From positions 5,376,001 through 5,440,000 of the forward strand of contig OY761158.1 in the NCBI GenBank assembly GCA_963664405.1: 64,000 bases of DNA, read 5' to 3'. The notes below the pieces were generated by a model. That model was not told where the DNA came from and did not search any database. It was given only the letters and a program-made list of their open reading frames with translations. The DNA is from Thermoanaerobaculia bacterium (GTDB lineage: Bacteria; Acidobacteriota; Thermoanaerobaculia; Multivoradales; Multivoraceae). Positions 37,985-47,424 of the stretch are shown in pieces. A program made the translations under genes and the position numbers. Position 1 is the first letter of the stretch. The number at the start of each line of letters is the position of its first letter.

Positions 37985-38476
37985 ATGGCAGGGTTCGACC
38001 CAAAGAAGGCAACGCCGCTACGAAAGGGCAACGCGTTCGAAGACTTCCGGGAGGGAGGAGTCTTCGAGCACCACTGGGGCCGCACCTTCAGTGAAGGCGA
38101 TAACTCTCTCTTCACCACCACTACGCTGTCTTTCAACCCGCTCTATACCAACGCCGAGTATGCACGCTCACTCGGCCACGACAATGTTGTGGTCAACCCG
38201 ATGCTGGTGCTTTCGACCGTGGTGGGGCTCAGCGTCGAGGATCTGAGCGAAGGGGGCGGCCCCTTCCTTGGCGTCGACGAGCTCACTTTTCACGCCCCGG
38301 TCTATCCCGGGGATACGGTGACGGCGCGGAGCACCGTCGTCGGCATGCGCGAGTCGAAGAGCCGTCCCAGCTTCGGCATCGTCACCTGGCACACCGAGGG
38401 TTGCAATCAGCGGGGCGAGCTGGTGATTGACTACAAGAGAACGAACCTGGTGGCCAGACGAAGAGCGCGAGCCTGA
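37985..38476 (+). CDS. MaoC family dehydratase
   Basis: GNAFEDF, HHWGRT, NPLY, PVYPGDT. Confidence 0.88.
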   Translation: MAGFDPKKATPLRKGNAFEDFREGGVFEHHWGRTFSEGDNSLFTTTTLSFNPLYTNAEYARSLGHDNVVVNPMLVLSTVVGLSVEDLSEGGGPFLGVDELTFHAPVYPGDTVTARSTVVGMRESKSRPSFGIVTWHTEGCNQRGELVIDYKRTNLVARRRARA

Positions 38477-38482
38477 GATGGG

Positions 38483-38986
38483 GTGCCGATGGAGAGCGCG
38501 ATGACCGTGGATTTCGACTCCCTGACCGGGTGCGGAAACTACTTCGAAGACTTTGAAGTAGGCGCCTCTTTCAGGCACGTGCGGGGCAAGACGGTGGGAG
38601 AGTTCGAGAACCAGGTGCTCACTCATCTGGTGATGAACACCGCCCACGCTCACTTCAACGAGGATGCGATGAAGGACTCGCCCTGGGGACAGCGACTGGT
38701 CTTCGGCTTGGTGACCGGATCGATCATCATCGGTTTGGCGACGCAGGATGTGGCCGAGAACGCGCTCGCGGAGCTGGGAATGGACGAGCTCCGCTTCACA
38801 GCCCCTGTCTTTCACGGCGACACGCTCTACGCCTATACCGAGGTTCTCGAGAAATACGACAGCGACCGGGACGACGCCGGCATCGTGGTTTTCCGCCATC
38901 ATGGCTACAAGCAGGATGAGACCAAGGTCTTCGAAGGCAAGCGTCGGGTGCTGCTGAAGAGGAAGAGCTCTCGGCCAAGCACGTGA
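38483..38986 (+). CDS. MaoC family dehydratase
   Basis: NYFEDF, HVRGKTV, MNTAHAHFN, PVFHGDT. Confidence 0.88.
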   Translation: MPMESAMTVDFDSLTGCGNYFEDFEVGASFRHVRGKTVGEFENQVLTHLVMNTAHAHFNEDAMKDSPWGQRLVFGLVTGSIIIGLATQDVAENALAELGMDELRFTAPVFHGDTLYAYTEVLEKYDSDRDDAGIVVFRHHGYKQDETKVFEGKRRVLLKRKSSRPST

Positions 38987-40188
38987 GCGGCGCCATCTCC
39001 GGCCCCCTCGAGGGCCTGCGAATCATCGACCTCACCCAGATGCTGGCGGGCCCCTATTGCACGATGCTGCTCGCCGATCTCGGGGCAGACGTGGTCAAAG
39101 TAGAACCGCCGGGTGGAGACATGACCCGCTTCTCCGGCCCCTTCCTCGACGACGACGAGGAGCATGCCTACGGCGGCTATTTCGGCAGCATCAACCGCAA
39201 TAAGCGCTCCATTGTTGTCGACCTCAAGAGCGACCAGGGGAAGGACACGCTGCGCCAGCTGGTTGCCTGCTCGCCAGTGCTCGTCGAGAATTATCGATCG
39301 GGAGTCATGGACAGGCTCGGTCTGTCATGGGAGTCGCTGCACCAGGCGAATCCGAGCCTCGTTTACGCCGCCGTACGCGGCTTCGGAGATCCGCGCACCG
39401 GCGAGAGCCCTTATGTAGACTGGCCTGCCTTCGATGTCGTGGCGCAGGCGATGGGGGGCCTCATGGGCATCACCGGTACCGAGGACGGTACGCCGCTGAA
39501 GGCCGGTCCCGGTGTCGGCGACATCTATCCGGCAGCGCTCGCCGCGCTCGGAATCGTATCCGCCGTACGCCATGCCGAGCGTACTGGTGAGGGCCAGTTC
39601 GTCGATGTCGGGATGGTCGACGCCGTGCTGTCGCTGTGCGAAAGAATCGTCTACGAATACTCCTACCAGGGTAGGGTGGGACGCCCGGAAGGGAATGCTC
39701 ATCCCTTTCTTTGTCCTTTCGAGAACTTCCCCACTTCCGACGACGGTTGGGTGACGATCGCAGCGCCCCGGGACACTCACTGGAAGATCCTCACCGAGAT
39801 CATGGAATGTCCCGAGCTCGGTGACGATGAGCGCTTCAGCACCAATCGGCGCCGAGTGAAGAATGCGGTCGAGACCCGGCGCCTGGTTTGTGACTGGACC
39901 TCGCAGCACACCACTCGCGAGATCGTCGCGGCGCTTGGCGGCAAAGTTCCGGCCGGCCCGGTCCAGACCGTTCGCGATATCTTCGAAGACGGTCACGCGC
40001 ACAGCCGCGAGATGTTGGTGGAGGTCGAGCAGGCGGGGAGCACCCGCAGCGTGACCTACGCCGGAGTGCCGATCAAATTCACCGCCACTCCCGGAGGCAT
40101 CCGTCGACGTGCGCCTCGACTGGGAGAGCACAGCGAAGAGATTCTCGAAGAGATGAACATTCAGATCCCACAAGGAGGTGACTCTTGA
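38983..40188 (+). CDS. Family III CoA-transferase (CaiB/BaiF)
   Basis: PLEGLRIIDL..AGP, LADLGADVVKVE, NRNKRS, VENYR, FDVVAQAMGG, LGEHS. Confidence 0.95.
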   Translation: MSGAISGPLEGLRIIDLTQMLAGPYCTMLLADLGADVVKVEPPGGDMTRFSGPFLDDDEEHAYGGYFGSINRNKRSIVVDLKSDQGKDTLRQLVACSPVLVENYRSGVMDRLGLSWESLHQANPSLVYAAVRGFGDPRTGESPYVDWPAFDVVAQAMGGLMGITGTEDGTPLKAGPGVGDIYPAALAALGIVSAVRHAERTGEGQFVDVGMVDAVLSLCERIVYEYSYQGRVGRPEGNAHPFLCPFENFPTSDDGWVTIAAPRDTHWKILTEIMECPELGDDERFSTNRRRVKNAVETRRLVCDWTSQHTTREIVAALGGKVPAGPVQTVRDIFEDGHAHSREMLVEVEQAGSTRSVTYAGVPIKFTATPGGIRRRAPRLGEHSEEILEEMNIQIPQGGDS

Positions 40189-41090
40189 CAATACGCCTGC
40201 GACGTTCCGAGCTGTCGACCCCCGGCACTAGCGAGAAGATGATGACCAAGGCCGCGGGGAGCGACGCAGACCTGGTGTTCCTAGACCTAGAAGACTCGGT
40301 CGCGCCGCAGGAGAAAGAGCGAGCGCGAAAGTTGGTGGTCGAGGCCCTCAACGGGCTCGATTGGGGCAAGAAAACGGTCGCGGTGCGGGTGAACGACGCT
40401 GAGACGCCTTGGGCTTTCGAGGATGTCATCGAGGTCGTCGAGGGTGCGGGTGAGCGAATTCAGTTGCTGATCCTGCCCAAGGTCAAAGGACCTCGAGACA
40501 TATGGTTCTTCGAGACTCTGCTGGATCAGCTCGAGAAGAAGCTGCGCCTCCCTCACCGCATCGGCCTCGAGGCGTTGGTGGAAGAGGTCGAGGCTCTGTC
40601 CTGCGTCGAGGAGCTCGCTCGCTCGTCGCCCCGCCTCGAGGCGCTCATTTTGGGCGTTGGCGATCTGTCGGCCAGCCAGGGTATGAAACTAGGCGGGATC
40701 GGTCTGAGCGACGAGAGATATCCGGGAGACATCTGGCATTTCGCTCGTGCGCGCATGGTAGTGGCGGCTCGGGCGGCTGGGATCGATGCGATCGATGGCC
40801 CTTATGCCAATTTCCAGAACCCTAAGGGCTTCCTTCGCGAAGCGGGTCGTGCGGCCTCGCTGGGCTTTGTCGGCAAGTGGGCGATTCACCCGAGTCAGAT
40901 AGATCTTGCCAACCAGGCCTTCGCTCCAACTGAGGAGGAGATCGCCCGAGCCCGGGAGATGATCGCCGAAGTGCGCAGAGCCGAAGAAGAGGGCCAGGGG
41001 GCGGCTGGCTCGGGCGGCGTGATGATCGACGCTGCTACCGCACGGATCTACCAGGTCATCGTCGATCGCGCCGACTTGATGGAGAAGTAG
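40185..41090 (+). CDS. CitE-like acyl-CoA lyase (malyl-/citramalyl-CoA lyase family)
   Basis: RRSEL, DLEDSV, VRVN, LPKV, GVGDLSAS, IDGP, GKWAIHPSQ. Confidence 0.93.
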   Translation: MTIRLRRSELSTPGTSEKMMTKAAGSDADLVFLDLEDSVAPQEKERARKLVVEALNGLDWGKKTVAVRVNDAETPWAFEDVIEVVEGAGERIQLLILPKVKGPRDIWFFETLLDQLEKKLRLPHRIGLEALVEEVEALSCVEELARSSPRLEALILGVGDLSASQGMKLGGIGLSDERYPGDIWHFARARMVVAARAAGIDAIDGPYANFQNPKGFLREAGRAASLGFVGKWAIHPSQIDLANQAFAPTEEEIARAREMIAEVRRAEEEGQGAAGSGGVMIDAATARIYQVIVDRADLMEK

Positions 41091-41137
41091 CTGGAAGCGA
41101 CGTCTGTGGAAAGAGGGTGGCGACCTTCTCGGTCGCT

Positions 41138-41473
41138 CTAGTTCAAGGTAGGGCTGTAGACCAGGAAGTTGACCAGCGCGAGGGTGTCGTCGGTGTTCCA
41201 GTCGGCAAATTCGACGGCTCCTGAACCCGTGGCGGCGTCATAGCGGACGAGACGAGCGGGCACCCGCTTGAAAGAGGTGTCGTCGTGGGTGCTGAAGCTC
41301 AGCATGAGCGGACTTCCCGGTCCCAGGTCGCTTGGCAGCATCAGCGCCATCCCGTCACAATTGATGTCGATTGCCGAGCCCGCCCAGCCAACTTGAATCG
41401 GCTCTTCGGCGAGCTCGATCTCGACTCTTACGAATGGTATCGGTAGCCGCTTAGATCGTCTTCTTCCTAACAT
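41138..41473 (-). CDS. PilZ domain protein
   Basis: RRSKR (RxxxR) and DINCDG. Confidence 0.75.
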   Translation of the reverse strand: MLGRRRSKRLPIPFVRVEIELAEEPIQVGWAGSAIDINCDGMALMLPSDLGPGSPLMLSFSTHDDTSFKRVPARLVRYDAATGSGAVEFADWNTDDTLALVNFLVYSPTLN

Positions 41474-41536
41474 AAGTAGCGATTATATATGACTTTTTTG
41501 GACGTCGGGCGAAGTCGCGGCTGACCTCCTGGCTGC

Positions 41537-41878
41537 CTACTTTTGATAGGCGAGGAAGCGGAGCAGGGAGATCCGATCGTCGTTTCCCCACTCACCGAAG
41601 AGGATAGACGCGGTGCCCGCCGCTTGGTCGTAGCGAAGCAGGGTGCCGGATACGCGATGAAAGCTGCAGCTCTCGTCTAGGCTGAAGCTGAGGACGAAAG
41701 AGCTGCCGATCGCCACCTCCCGGGGCAGCACAAGAGAAATGCCGTCGCCGTTGATGTCGATGGCCGATCCCATCCATAGATCTCCGCGGTCGGCGGCTTC
41801 GAGCTCGATCGTCACCTCGACCTTCGGAATCGGGATGCGGCGGGATCGCCGCTCTATCTCGTAGTTGCCCTCCGCCAC
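41537..41878 (-). CDS. PilZ domain protein (paralog of neighbour)
   Basis: ERRSRR and DINGDG. Confidence 0.72.
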   Translation of the reverse strand: MAEGNYEIERRSRRIPIPKVEVTIELEAADRGDLWMGSAIDINGDGISLVLPREVAIGSSFVLSFSLDESCSFHRVSGTLLRYDQAAGTASILFGEWGNDDRISLLRFLAYQK

Positions 41879-42005
41879 TGTCCTCTAGTCGCTCTCTCGA
41901 GGGACGCTCCCGTCGCTCGTCAGACCCGTAGGGGCCAAGATCAAACGTTACCACGTGCGGGTGATAGCTTCGGAAGTGAAGGTCTAGTGCACTAGGATAA
42001 GAAGA

Positions 42006-42530
42006 ATGACCCTCTGGTTGGCCGTTATCGGCGCCCTCACGGTAGCCTTCCTCACTTTTGCGTTCGGCTGGTACGCAAGGGGTCGTAAGACGGAGCCGTC
42101 TGGAAACAAGGGGAAGACTCTTCCAGCCGGTGTCGGAGATTCCACGATCCGTGCCTACTTCATTCCCAAAAAATGGTCACCAGGCGGCGGCGGGGCCTCG
42201 AAGAAGATGGAGGCACTGGAGGGGAAGCAGTATCGCAGTGCGCAGGTCGAGATGGAGGAGGGACCTCAGGTCGGCAATCACTGGCCGCTGCTTGCGGGCC
42301 GAACTCGTCTCGGTCGCGAGGCGGACAATCACGTCGTCCTCGACGACGAGCGGATCTCGCTCTATCACGCACAGATTAGTGTGCGCGACGGCGTTTTTTG
42401 GCTGGAGGACCTGGGTAGCACCAACGGTACTTTCATAGGTGAGGACAAGAGGGTGATGAAGCCCTATCCACTCGAGGACGGAGACCAGATTCGCATTGGC
42501 GGAGTCTTGATGGTCTTCCGCGGGGTCTAG
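42006..42530 (+). CDS. Membrane-anchored FHA domain protein
   Basis: N-terminal TM; GR, SLYH, DLGSTNGT, GDQIRIG. Confidence 0.9.
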   Translation: MTLWLAVIGALTVAFLTFAFGWYARGRKTEPSGNKGKTLPAGVGDSTIRAYFIPKKWSPGGGGASKKMEALEGKQYRSAQVEMEEGPQVGNHWPLLAGRTRLGREADNHVVLDDERISLYHAQISVRDGVFWLEDLGSTNGTFIGEDKRVMKPYPLEDGDQIRIGGVLMVFRGV

Positions 42531-42587
42531 CCTTGGTCGTCCCCATGCTCCGCGGCAAGACCCGCTCTCGGTAAAAGCGACCAGAGG

Positions 42588-43004
42588 CTATTTGAAGAGC
42601 GCGTCGAAGGCCGCCCGGGGATCTTCTGGACCGCTAGTCTGACCGCCGTCACTCTCGACGGTGATCTTGGCGGCGAAGAGCTCGCATTCGTTGGCCTTTG
42701 TCTTACTCGAGACGCGCTCCTTCAGCGGCTTGCGGCACTCGTTCGGGGCGCCGGTGTCGAAGTACGCGCAGTTAACGCAAGAGTGGAGCGGGGCCCCACA
42801 TTGGGCACAGGCGGCATCGAAGGCCACTCCCTGGAAGATGGGCCAGGCCGTGCCGCAGTCACGGCAGCGGAAGACCTCATTCTTCGGCGCGCCGAGGCCG
42901 CGACCCCGGGGCCCATCGCGAGTGGGTCGTTGCCCTTGGGGCTGCTTGCGCTCAGAGCTGTCGCTTTCGAGGTAGCCACGCTGGCCGTACTTGCGCTCGC
43001 TCAT
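42588..43004 (-). CDS. Cys-rich (Zn-ribbon-like) hypothetical protein
   Basis: CRDC, CAQC, HSCVNCAYFD, EC, ANECELF, AAFDALFK. Confidence 0.78.
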   Translation of the reverse strand: MSERKYGQRGYLESDSSERKQPQGQRPTRDGPRGRGLGAPKNEVFRCRDCGTAWPIFQGVAFDAACAQCGAPLHSCVNCAYFDTGAPNECRKPLKERVSSKTKANECELFAAKITVESDGGQTSGPEDPRAAFDALFK

Positions 43005-43020
43005 GGTGGGGCCGAGGCCT

Positions 43021-43404
43021 CTAGCCTCGTTCTCGTTCCTTGCGCTGGATCGCTGCGAAGTAACTGTCCGCCTCGGCCTCGCTGGCGAAGATCGACTCTC
43101 GCGGCAAGGCGGCGGTGATCGAGAACACCTTTTGGACCGGCCCCTGCATATTGGACATGATGAGCTCGCCGCCGTCGGATCGGAGCCGCTTGTAGGTACC
43201 GATCACAACGCTGATGCCCCGGCTGGCGATGAAAGAGAGCTCTTTCATGTCCAGGGCGATTCTCTTGGCACCGCTTTCCAGGAGCCTTTCGAGCACGTCT
43301 TCGAGGCGTTCCGCCGCTACTGAATCGAGGCGTCCGTCGAGAGCCAGCTCGAAGTGACCCGGTCGCGACTCTCTTGATTGGATTTTGAGTGAGGAAGACT
43401 GCAT
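43021..43404 (-). CDS. STAS domain anti-sigma factor antagonist
   Basis: GRLD, LDMKELSFIASRG (phospho-acceptor Ser region). Confidence 0.88.
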   Translation of the reverse strand: MQSSSLKIQSRESRPGHFELALDGRLDSVAAERLEDVLERLLESGAKRIALDMKELSFIASRGISVVIGTYKRLRSDGGELIMSNMQGPVQKVFSITAALPRESIFASEAEADSYFAAIQRKERERG

Positions 43405-43487
43405 GTCTGGGGCCCCCCGCCGCCGTAGGGCGGCTGCCTCGACCGAGGATCTGTTTAGAACACGGTAGGTTCAGCGGCATCCTGACA

Positions 43488-44795
43488 TCAGCTCAGATCG
43501 GGTGTCAATGGCGTTGCAAGAGGGAGGTCGCGGTAGTCTTTCGGGTGCTCTGCGCGTCCCCTCTTGACCGCGAAGTGGAGCTCCCTCCATTCCCGAGGCA
43601 GAGGGAGGGAGCCACACTGGAGTGAGAGCTCGTCGCTGTATTCGAGCTGGTAGTCGCCGTACCTGAAGTAGTGCCGACTCGAGACCCCTCGAAGCTCGAG
43701 GCGGCGCTCTTTCTCCGCCACCCAGGCTTCTCTCTCTGAGCTCGCCGGCAGGGTAACGCGTCCTGCGAGGAGGCGTGCGAACCAGCGGGCCTGGAGCTCG
43801 AAGAGCGGGAAGGGCACGATCATGAAAGGCAGGCCAACGAAAGCGAGGGAAGGAAGATCGGCGACCACGAGGTCGAGATATAGAGGATGTACGCGGCCAT
43901 CTTCGACAGTGACGAGCTGTGGACTCTTCGGAAGGAAGGGAAAGTCGTGTCGATACCCGGTGCATAAGAGAAGGACGTCGGTGCTCGGCATTCGACTTGC
44001 GTCCGCAAAGTGGAGCGCGCCGTCGCTCTCAACCTCGAGAAGAGGGGCGTGGACCTGGGCGCCGGGGAAGAACGCGCGGCCGTCAGGCCCGTCGCGGCAG
44101 GAGACATGAACGGTAGCACCGGCCGAGACGAGCTCCAAAGAGAGGTCGGCTGCGGAGGCGCCGCCGCCCAGAATGAGGACCGTTGCGCTCGTATAGCCCT
44201 CCGGGCCTCGGTAGTTACGGCTGTGGAGCAGGCGGCCTGGAAAGTGCTCGAGGCCCGCTAGGGGTGGCAGCCGAGGTACCGAATAGTGACCGTTGCACAC
44301 GGCTACCGCGTCAAAGATCTCTGGCGCTGTTGGGGTGCCATTGCGCTCGAAGTGAAGCCGCCATCGCACGCCGGTGTACTCGCCAGCCTCTCTGCCTCGT
44401 TGCCAGTCTTGACCGCTGGCCAGCACCGGGCGGAGCGCACTCAGGCGATGGCCGAGGCGCAGATAGCGCTCGATCTGGTGGTGCTCGGCGAAGTCGCGGA
44501 GGTAGCCGAGGACCTCCGCATGCCCGGGGAACCGCGGCTGTCCCGGAAAGGGGTAGTCCCCGAAGCACATCAAGTCGCGCGGCAGATTGGTCCGCAGTGA
44601 GCGGTACAGAGAGCTCGTCGCGCGGGTGAGCTTCGGGTCTCGTGAAAGCGGATCCTGGTCAACGGCCTCGTCGTACTTCCAGAGCCCGCCGATGGACTCC
44701 GACTGTTCGAACAGGCTCACCTCATGAGCCGCGCGAGCAAGCTCGCGGGCAGTTACGAGTCCCGCGGCGCCGGCACCGATGACAGCGACCTTCAT
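43488..44795 (-). CDS. Flavin-containing monooxygenase (FMO)
   Basis: GAGAAG, GGLW, LRTNLP, CNGHY, FMO motif FPGRLLHSRNY, GGGAS, CTGY. Confidence 0.93.
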   Translation of the reverse strand: MKVAVIGAGAAGLVTARELARAAHEVSLFEQSESIGGLWKYDEAVDQDPLSRDPKLTRATSSLYRSLRTNLPRDLMCFGDYPFPGQPRFPGHAEVLGYLRDFAEHHQIERYLRLGHRLSALRPVLASGQDWQRGREAGEYTGVRWRLHFERNGTPTAPEIFDAVAVCNGHYSVPRLPPLAGLEHFPGRLLHSRNYRGPEGYTSATVLILGGGASAADLSLELVSAGATVHVSCRDGPDGRAFFPGAQVHAPLLEVESDGALHFADASRMPSTDVLLLCTGYRHDFPFLPKSPQLVTVEDGRVHPLYLDLVVADLPSLAFVGLPFMIVPFPLFELQARWFARLLAGRVTLPASSEREAWVAEKERRLELRGVSSRHYFRYGDYQLEYSDELSLQCGSLPLPREWRELHFAVKRGRAEHPKDYRDLPLATPLTPDLS

Positions 44796-46063
44796 ACTCT
44801 GTCGGCCGCCTCGCTGCGCTCTATGGGGAGGACTACCAAGCTCCACAGGACTCCGGCTGCAAGGAGCGTAAGGCCGAAGACGAGGAAGGCCCCTCGGAGA
44901 TCGAGGATGCCGCGGTCTATGAGCATGCTGGCGACGAAGATCGAGGTCGCGTCGGCAAGAGTGAGCATCAGCCACTCGGTGGCGAAGACGCGCCCTCGGA
45001 AGCGATCCACCGTCCTGCGTTGGAGAAGGATGGTTGAAAGCACCCATTGAGTGCCTCCAGCGGTGTGGGCGATCCCAACCAGTGCGGCGACTGCCCAGGT
45101 CCATGGCAGGAAGCTCAGCGCGGCGTAGCACAGCCCGGCGAAGGCGAGGCAAGCGCCGATCACCGTCGGCCAGTACCTGGAGTCGCGGAACAGAATTCGC
45201 GCAGAGAAGGGGCCGACGCCGGTGCCGATACCTCGCACAGCAAGAAGAAAGCCAATGGCTGCCGACGGTGAAGTCGGCGACATCTCACGACCGAGAAGTG
45301 CGAGCAAGTAGATGAGCGCGCCGCCGCCGAGTGACCAAGTGGCCTTGACCAGCGCGATTCGGGCAACTGCCGGGCTCTCGATGAGATGCCGCCAGCCTTC
45401 GACGATGCCGGCGGCCGCGAGACGCAGAATCGGGCCTTCTTCGACTGGGTCGGTACGCTGTGGTATCGCCGTCCGGTAGATGAAGAAGGCGGAGACGAGA
45501 TAGCTCAGACTATCGATGACGAAGACGGCGTCCGTGCCGAGCCATTCAGTGACCAGTCCTCCTGCAGCGGCTCCTGCCGCGAGCATGAACGACCAGGTCA
45601 CTGAAGTGAGTGCATTGGCGGTGACCAGCTCTCGTGGCGAAACGACTGACGGAATGGCGGCGCTGCGAGCAGGCTCGAAGACCGCTCCGACGATGACTTG
45701 GAGGGCGGTCAGGCCGAATATGAGCTCGACGTATCCGACCGTCTCGACGGTCAGAAAGCCCAGTACTACCAGGGCCCTCAACAGGTCCGAGGCGATCATC
45801 ACTCGCCTGCGGTTGAGACGGTCGACCAGGATCCCGGCAATCGGCGAGGCGAGAGCCCACGGCAGCATCTTGGCGATGAAAACCGTGCCCAGAGCCATCG
45901 GCGAGCCGGTGAGCTTCGCGACCAGAGCGTAGATGGCGAGAGTATTGAACCAATCGCCAAGCAGAGAAACGACGCTACCGATCCACAACCGTCGAAAGTC
46001 GACGTTGTTGCGGATCAGTTCGCCGTAGCCGGCCGGGTCCTCCTCTGCACTGCGCGCCGTCAC
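44792..46063 (-). CDS. MFS transporter
   Basis: FRRLW..SLLGDW, GILVDRLNRR motif A, about 12 TM, RGRVFA. Confidence 0.93.
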   Translation of the reverse strand: MTARSAEEDPAGYGELIRNNVDFRRLWIGSVVSLLGDWFNTLAIYALVAKLTGSPMALGTVFIAKMLPWALASPIAGILVDRLNRRRVMIASDLLRALVVLGFLTVETVGYVELIFGLTALQVIVGAVFEPARSAAIPSVVSPRELVTANALTSVTWSFMLAAGAAAGGLVTEWLGTDAVFVIDSLSYLVSAFFIYRTAIPQRTDPVEEGPILRLAAAGIVEGWRHLIESPAVARIALVKATWSLGGGALIYLLALLGREMSPTSPSAAIGFLLAVRGIGTGVGPFSARILFRDSRYWPTVIGACLAFAGLCYAALSFLPWTWAVAALVGIAHTAGGTQWVLSTILLQRRTVDRFRGRVFATEWLMLTLADATSIFVASMLIDRGILDLRGAFLVFGLTLLAAGVLWSLVVLPIERSEAADRV

Positions 46064-46108
46064 CGGCGGCAGTGTAGAGGACCGTCAGGCGCAGTCAAAG
46101 TCGCGCCG

Positions 46109-47263
46109 CTAGTTGGTGAGGTTGAAGTCCTTGTCGCTCTCGAGAATCTCGATGGCCGTGTCCAGGTTCCCTTGGTTGAGCGGATCGGGAGCCTGGGAGC
46201 GCGCCATTCGGGCGTAGTGGAGCGCCTTCTTGTAATCCCCCTCGGCGGAGTAGACCCGGGCCATGCCCACGGTTACCGGCCACGTCTCGTCACCGAAGCG
46301 CTTGGCGTTCAGTTTGAACATCTCCAGTGCGTCGTCCAGGCTCCCCTGCATCTGAAGCTGGCGTGCGGCACCGTGGATCTGCTGTGCTGTGGTGCCTGGG
46401 TTGTTGACCGCAACCGTCATGGTCTCCTTGGCTTCGGTGTCACGGCCGAGGGCCGATAAAACCTGCGCCTTGGTCGAGAGGGTGGTGAAATTCGCCTGCC
46501 CGACGAAGGGGGTGGTGATGGAGACCTCGGCCCACTCGAGTGCTTCGTCGAGGTTGGTGTTGTTCTGCAGGCAGTAGACGACGGCGGCGTTCCACGATTG
46601 CCAGGTGAAGCCGGCGGCGGAGCGGAGCTCGTCGCGCATGGTGTCGACATAGAGGTCGACGATGTTCGGCACGCTGATCGTGAAGGGGACGCGCAGGTTC
46701 TCCCAGTGCAGTGCGACCGTGGCCTGGTCGGCCTGGCGATCGACGAAGTCGTAGTTGAGCCACTCTCGGTAGGGTGCTTCCTCAGATTTGGTGTCGACTC
46801 GCAGCGCGTCCTCGGCCGGATCGTAGAAGAAGCTGCCCCACGAAGAGTGGTTGGTGGAGAAGACGATCGTCCACTCCTCCTCGCCCGCGATCATGTGGAG
46901 GCCGTAAGTCCCGGCTGCGAGCGGCTGGCCCTGGACCAGCACGTCATGGGACACGGAGAAGACCGTGTTTGCGTTCGCCCCTGCCCGCCAGGGCCCTGGG
47001 TTGCCATTGCCGAAGCCAAGGTCGGTCAGGCCGTAGGGCACCAGCTGTCCCCAGATCTCGCCGCTGCGATCTTGCCCAGCGGGACCGGTGACGTCAGGAC
47101 TGGAGTAGTCGATACGCACTTCGACCAGGCCGATATTCTGGATCACCGCCGCCTTCTGGTTAGCGCCACTCGGTGGCTGGGTAACGGTCTGAGCCGCGAT
47201 AGGAACCGAGATCGTGGCGAAGATTGTCAACACGCAGAGCCGACGCATCATGGCTTTTCTCAT
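46109..47263 (-). CDS. DUF2911 domain protein with TPR-like C-terminus
   Basis: Signal peptide; YSSP, IWGQLVPYG, WRAGAN, WGSFFYDPAEDALR; start approximate. Confidence 0.87.
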   Translation of the reverse strand: MRKAMMRRLCVLTIFATISVPIAAQTVTQPPSGANQKAAVIQNIGLVEVRIDYSSPDVTGPAGQDRSGEIWGQLVPYGLTDLGFGNGNPGPWRAGANANTVFSVSHDVLVQGQPLAAGTYGLHMIAGEEEWTIVFSTNHSSWGSFFYDPAEDALRVDTKSEEAPYREWLNYDFVDRQADQATVALHWENLRVPFTISVPNIVDLYVDTMRDELRSAAGFTWQSWNAAVVYCLQNNTNLDEALEWAEVSITTPFVGQANFTTLSTKAQVLSALGRDTEAKETMTVAVNNPGTTAQQIHGAARQLQMQGSLDDALEMFKLNAKRFGDETWPVTVGMARVYSAEGDYKKALHYARMARSQAPDPLNQGNLDTAIEILESDKDFNLTN

Positions 47264-47424
47264 CATTACCTCATCCACGGTTGTTTGGGGCGGCGCAGAA
47301 CGCCCTCCAGAGAAATACGCGCGAAGCTCAAGAAGGTTCCAGGGACTCGGAGAGAGTGAGATCGTCTGCCTCCCGCTCCGCGCGCCGAGGTTCTGCGCAG
47401 GGTGTCGTATATTAGTCTTTACAC

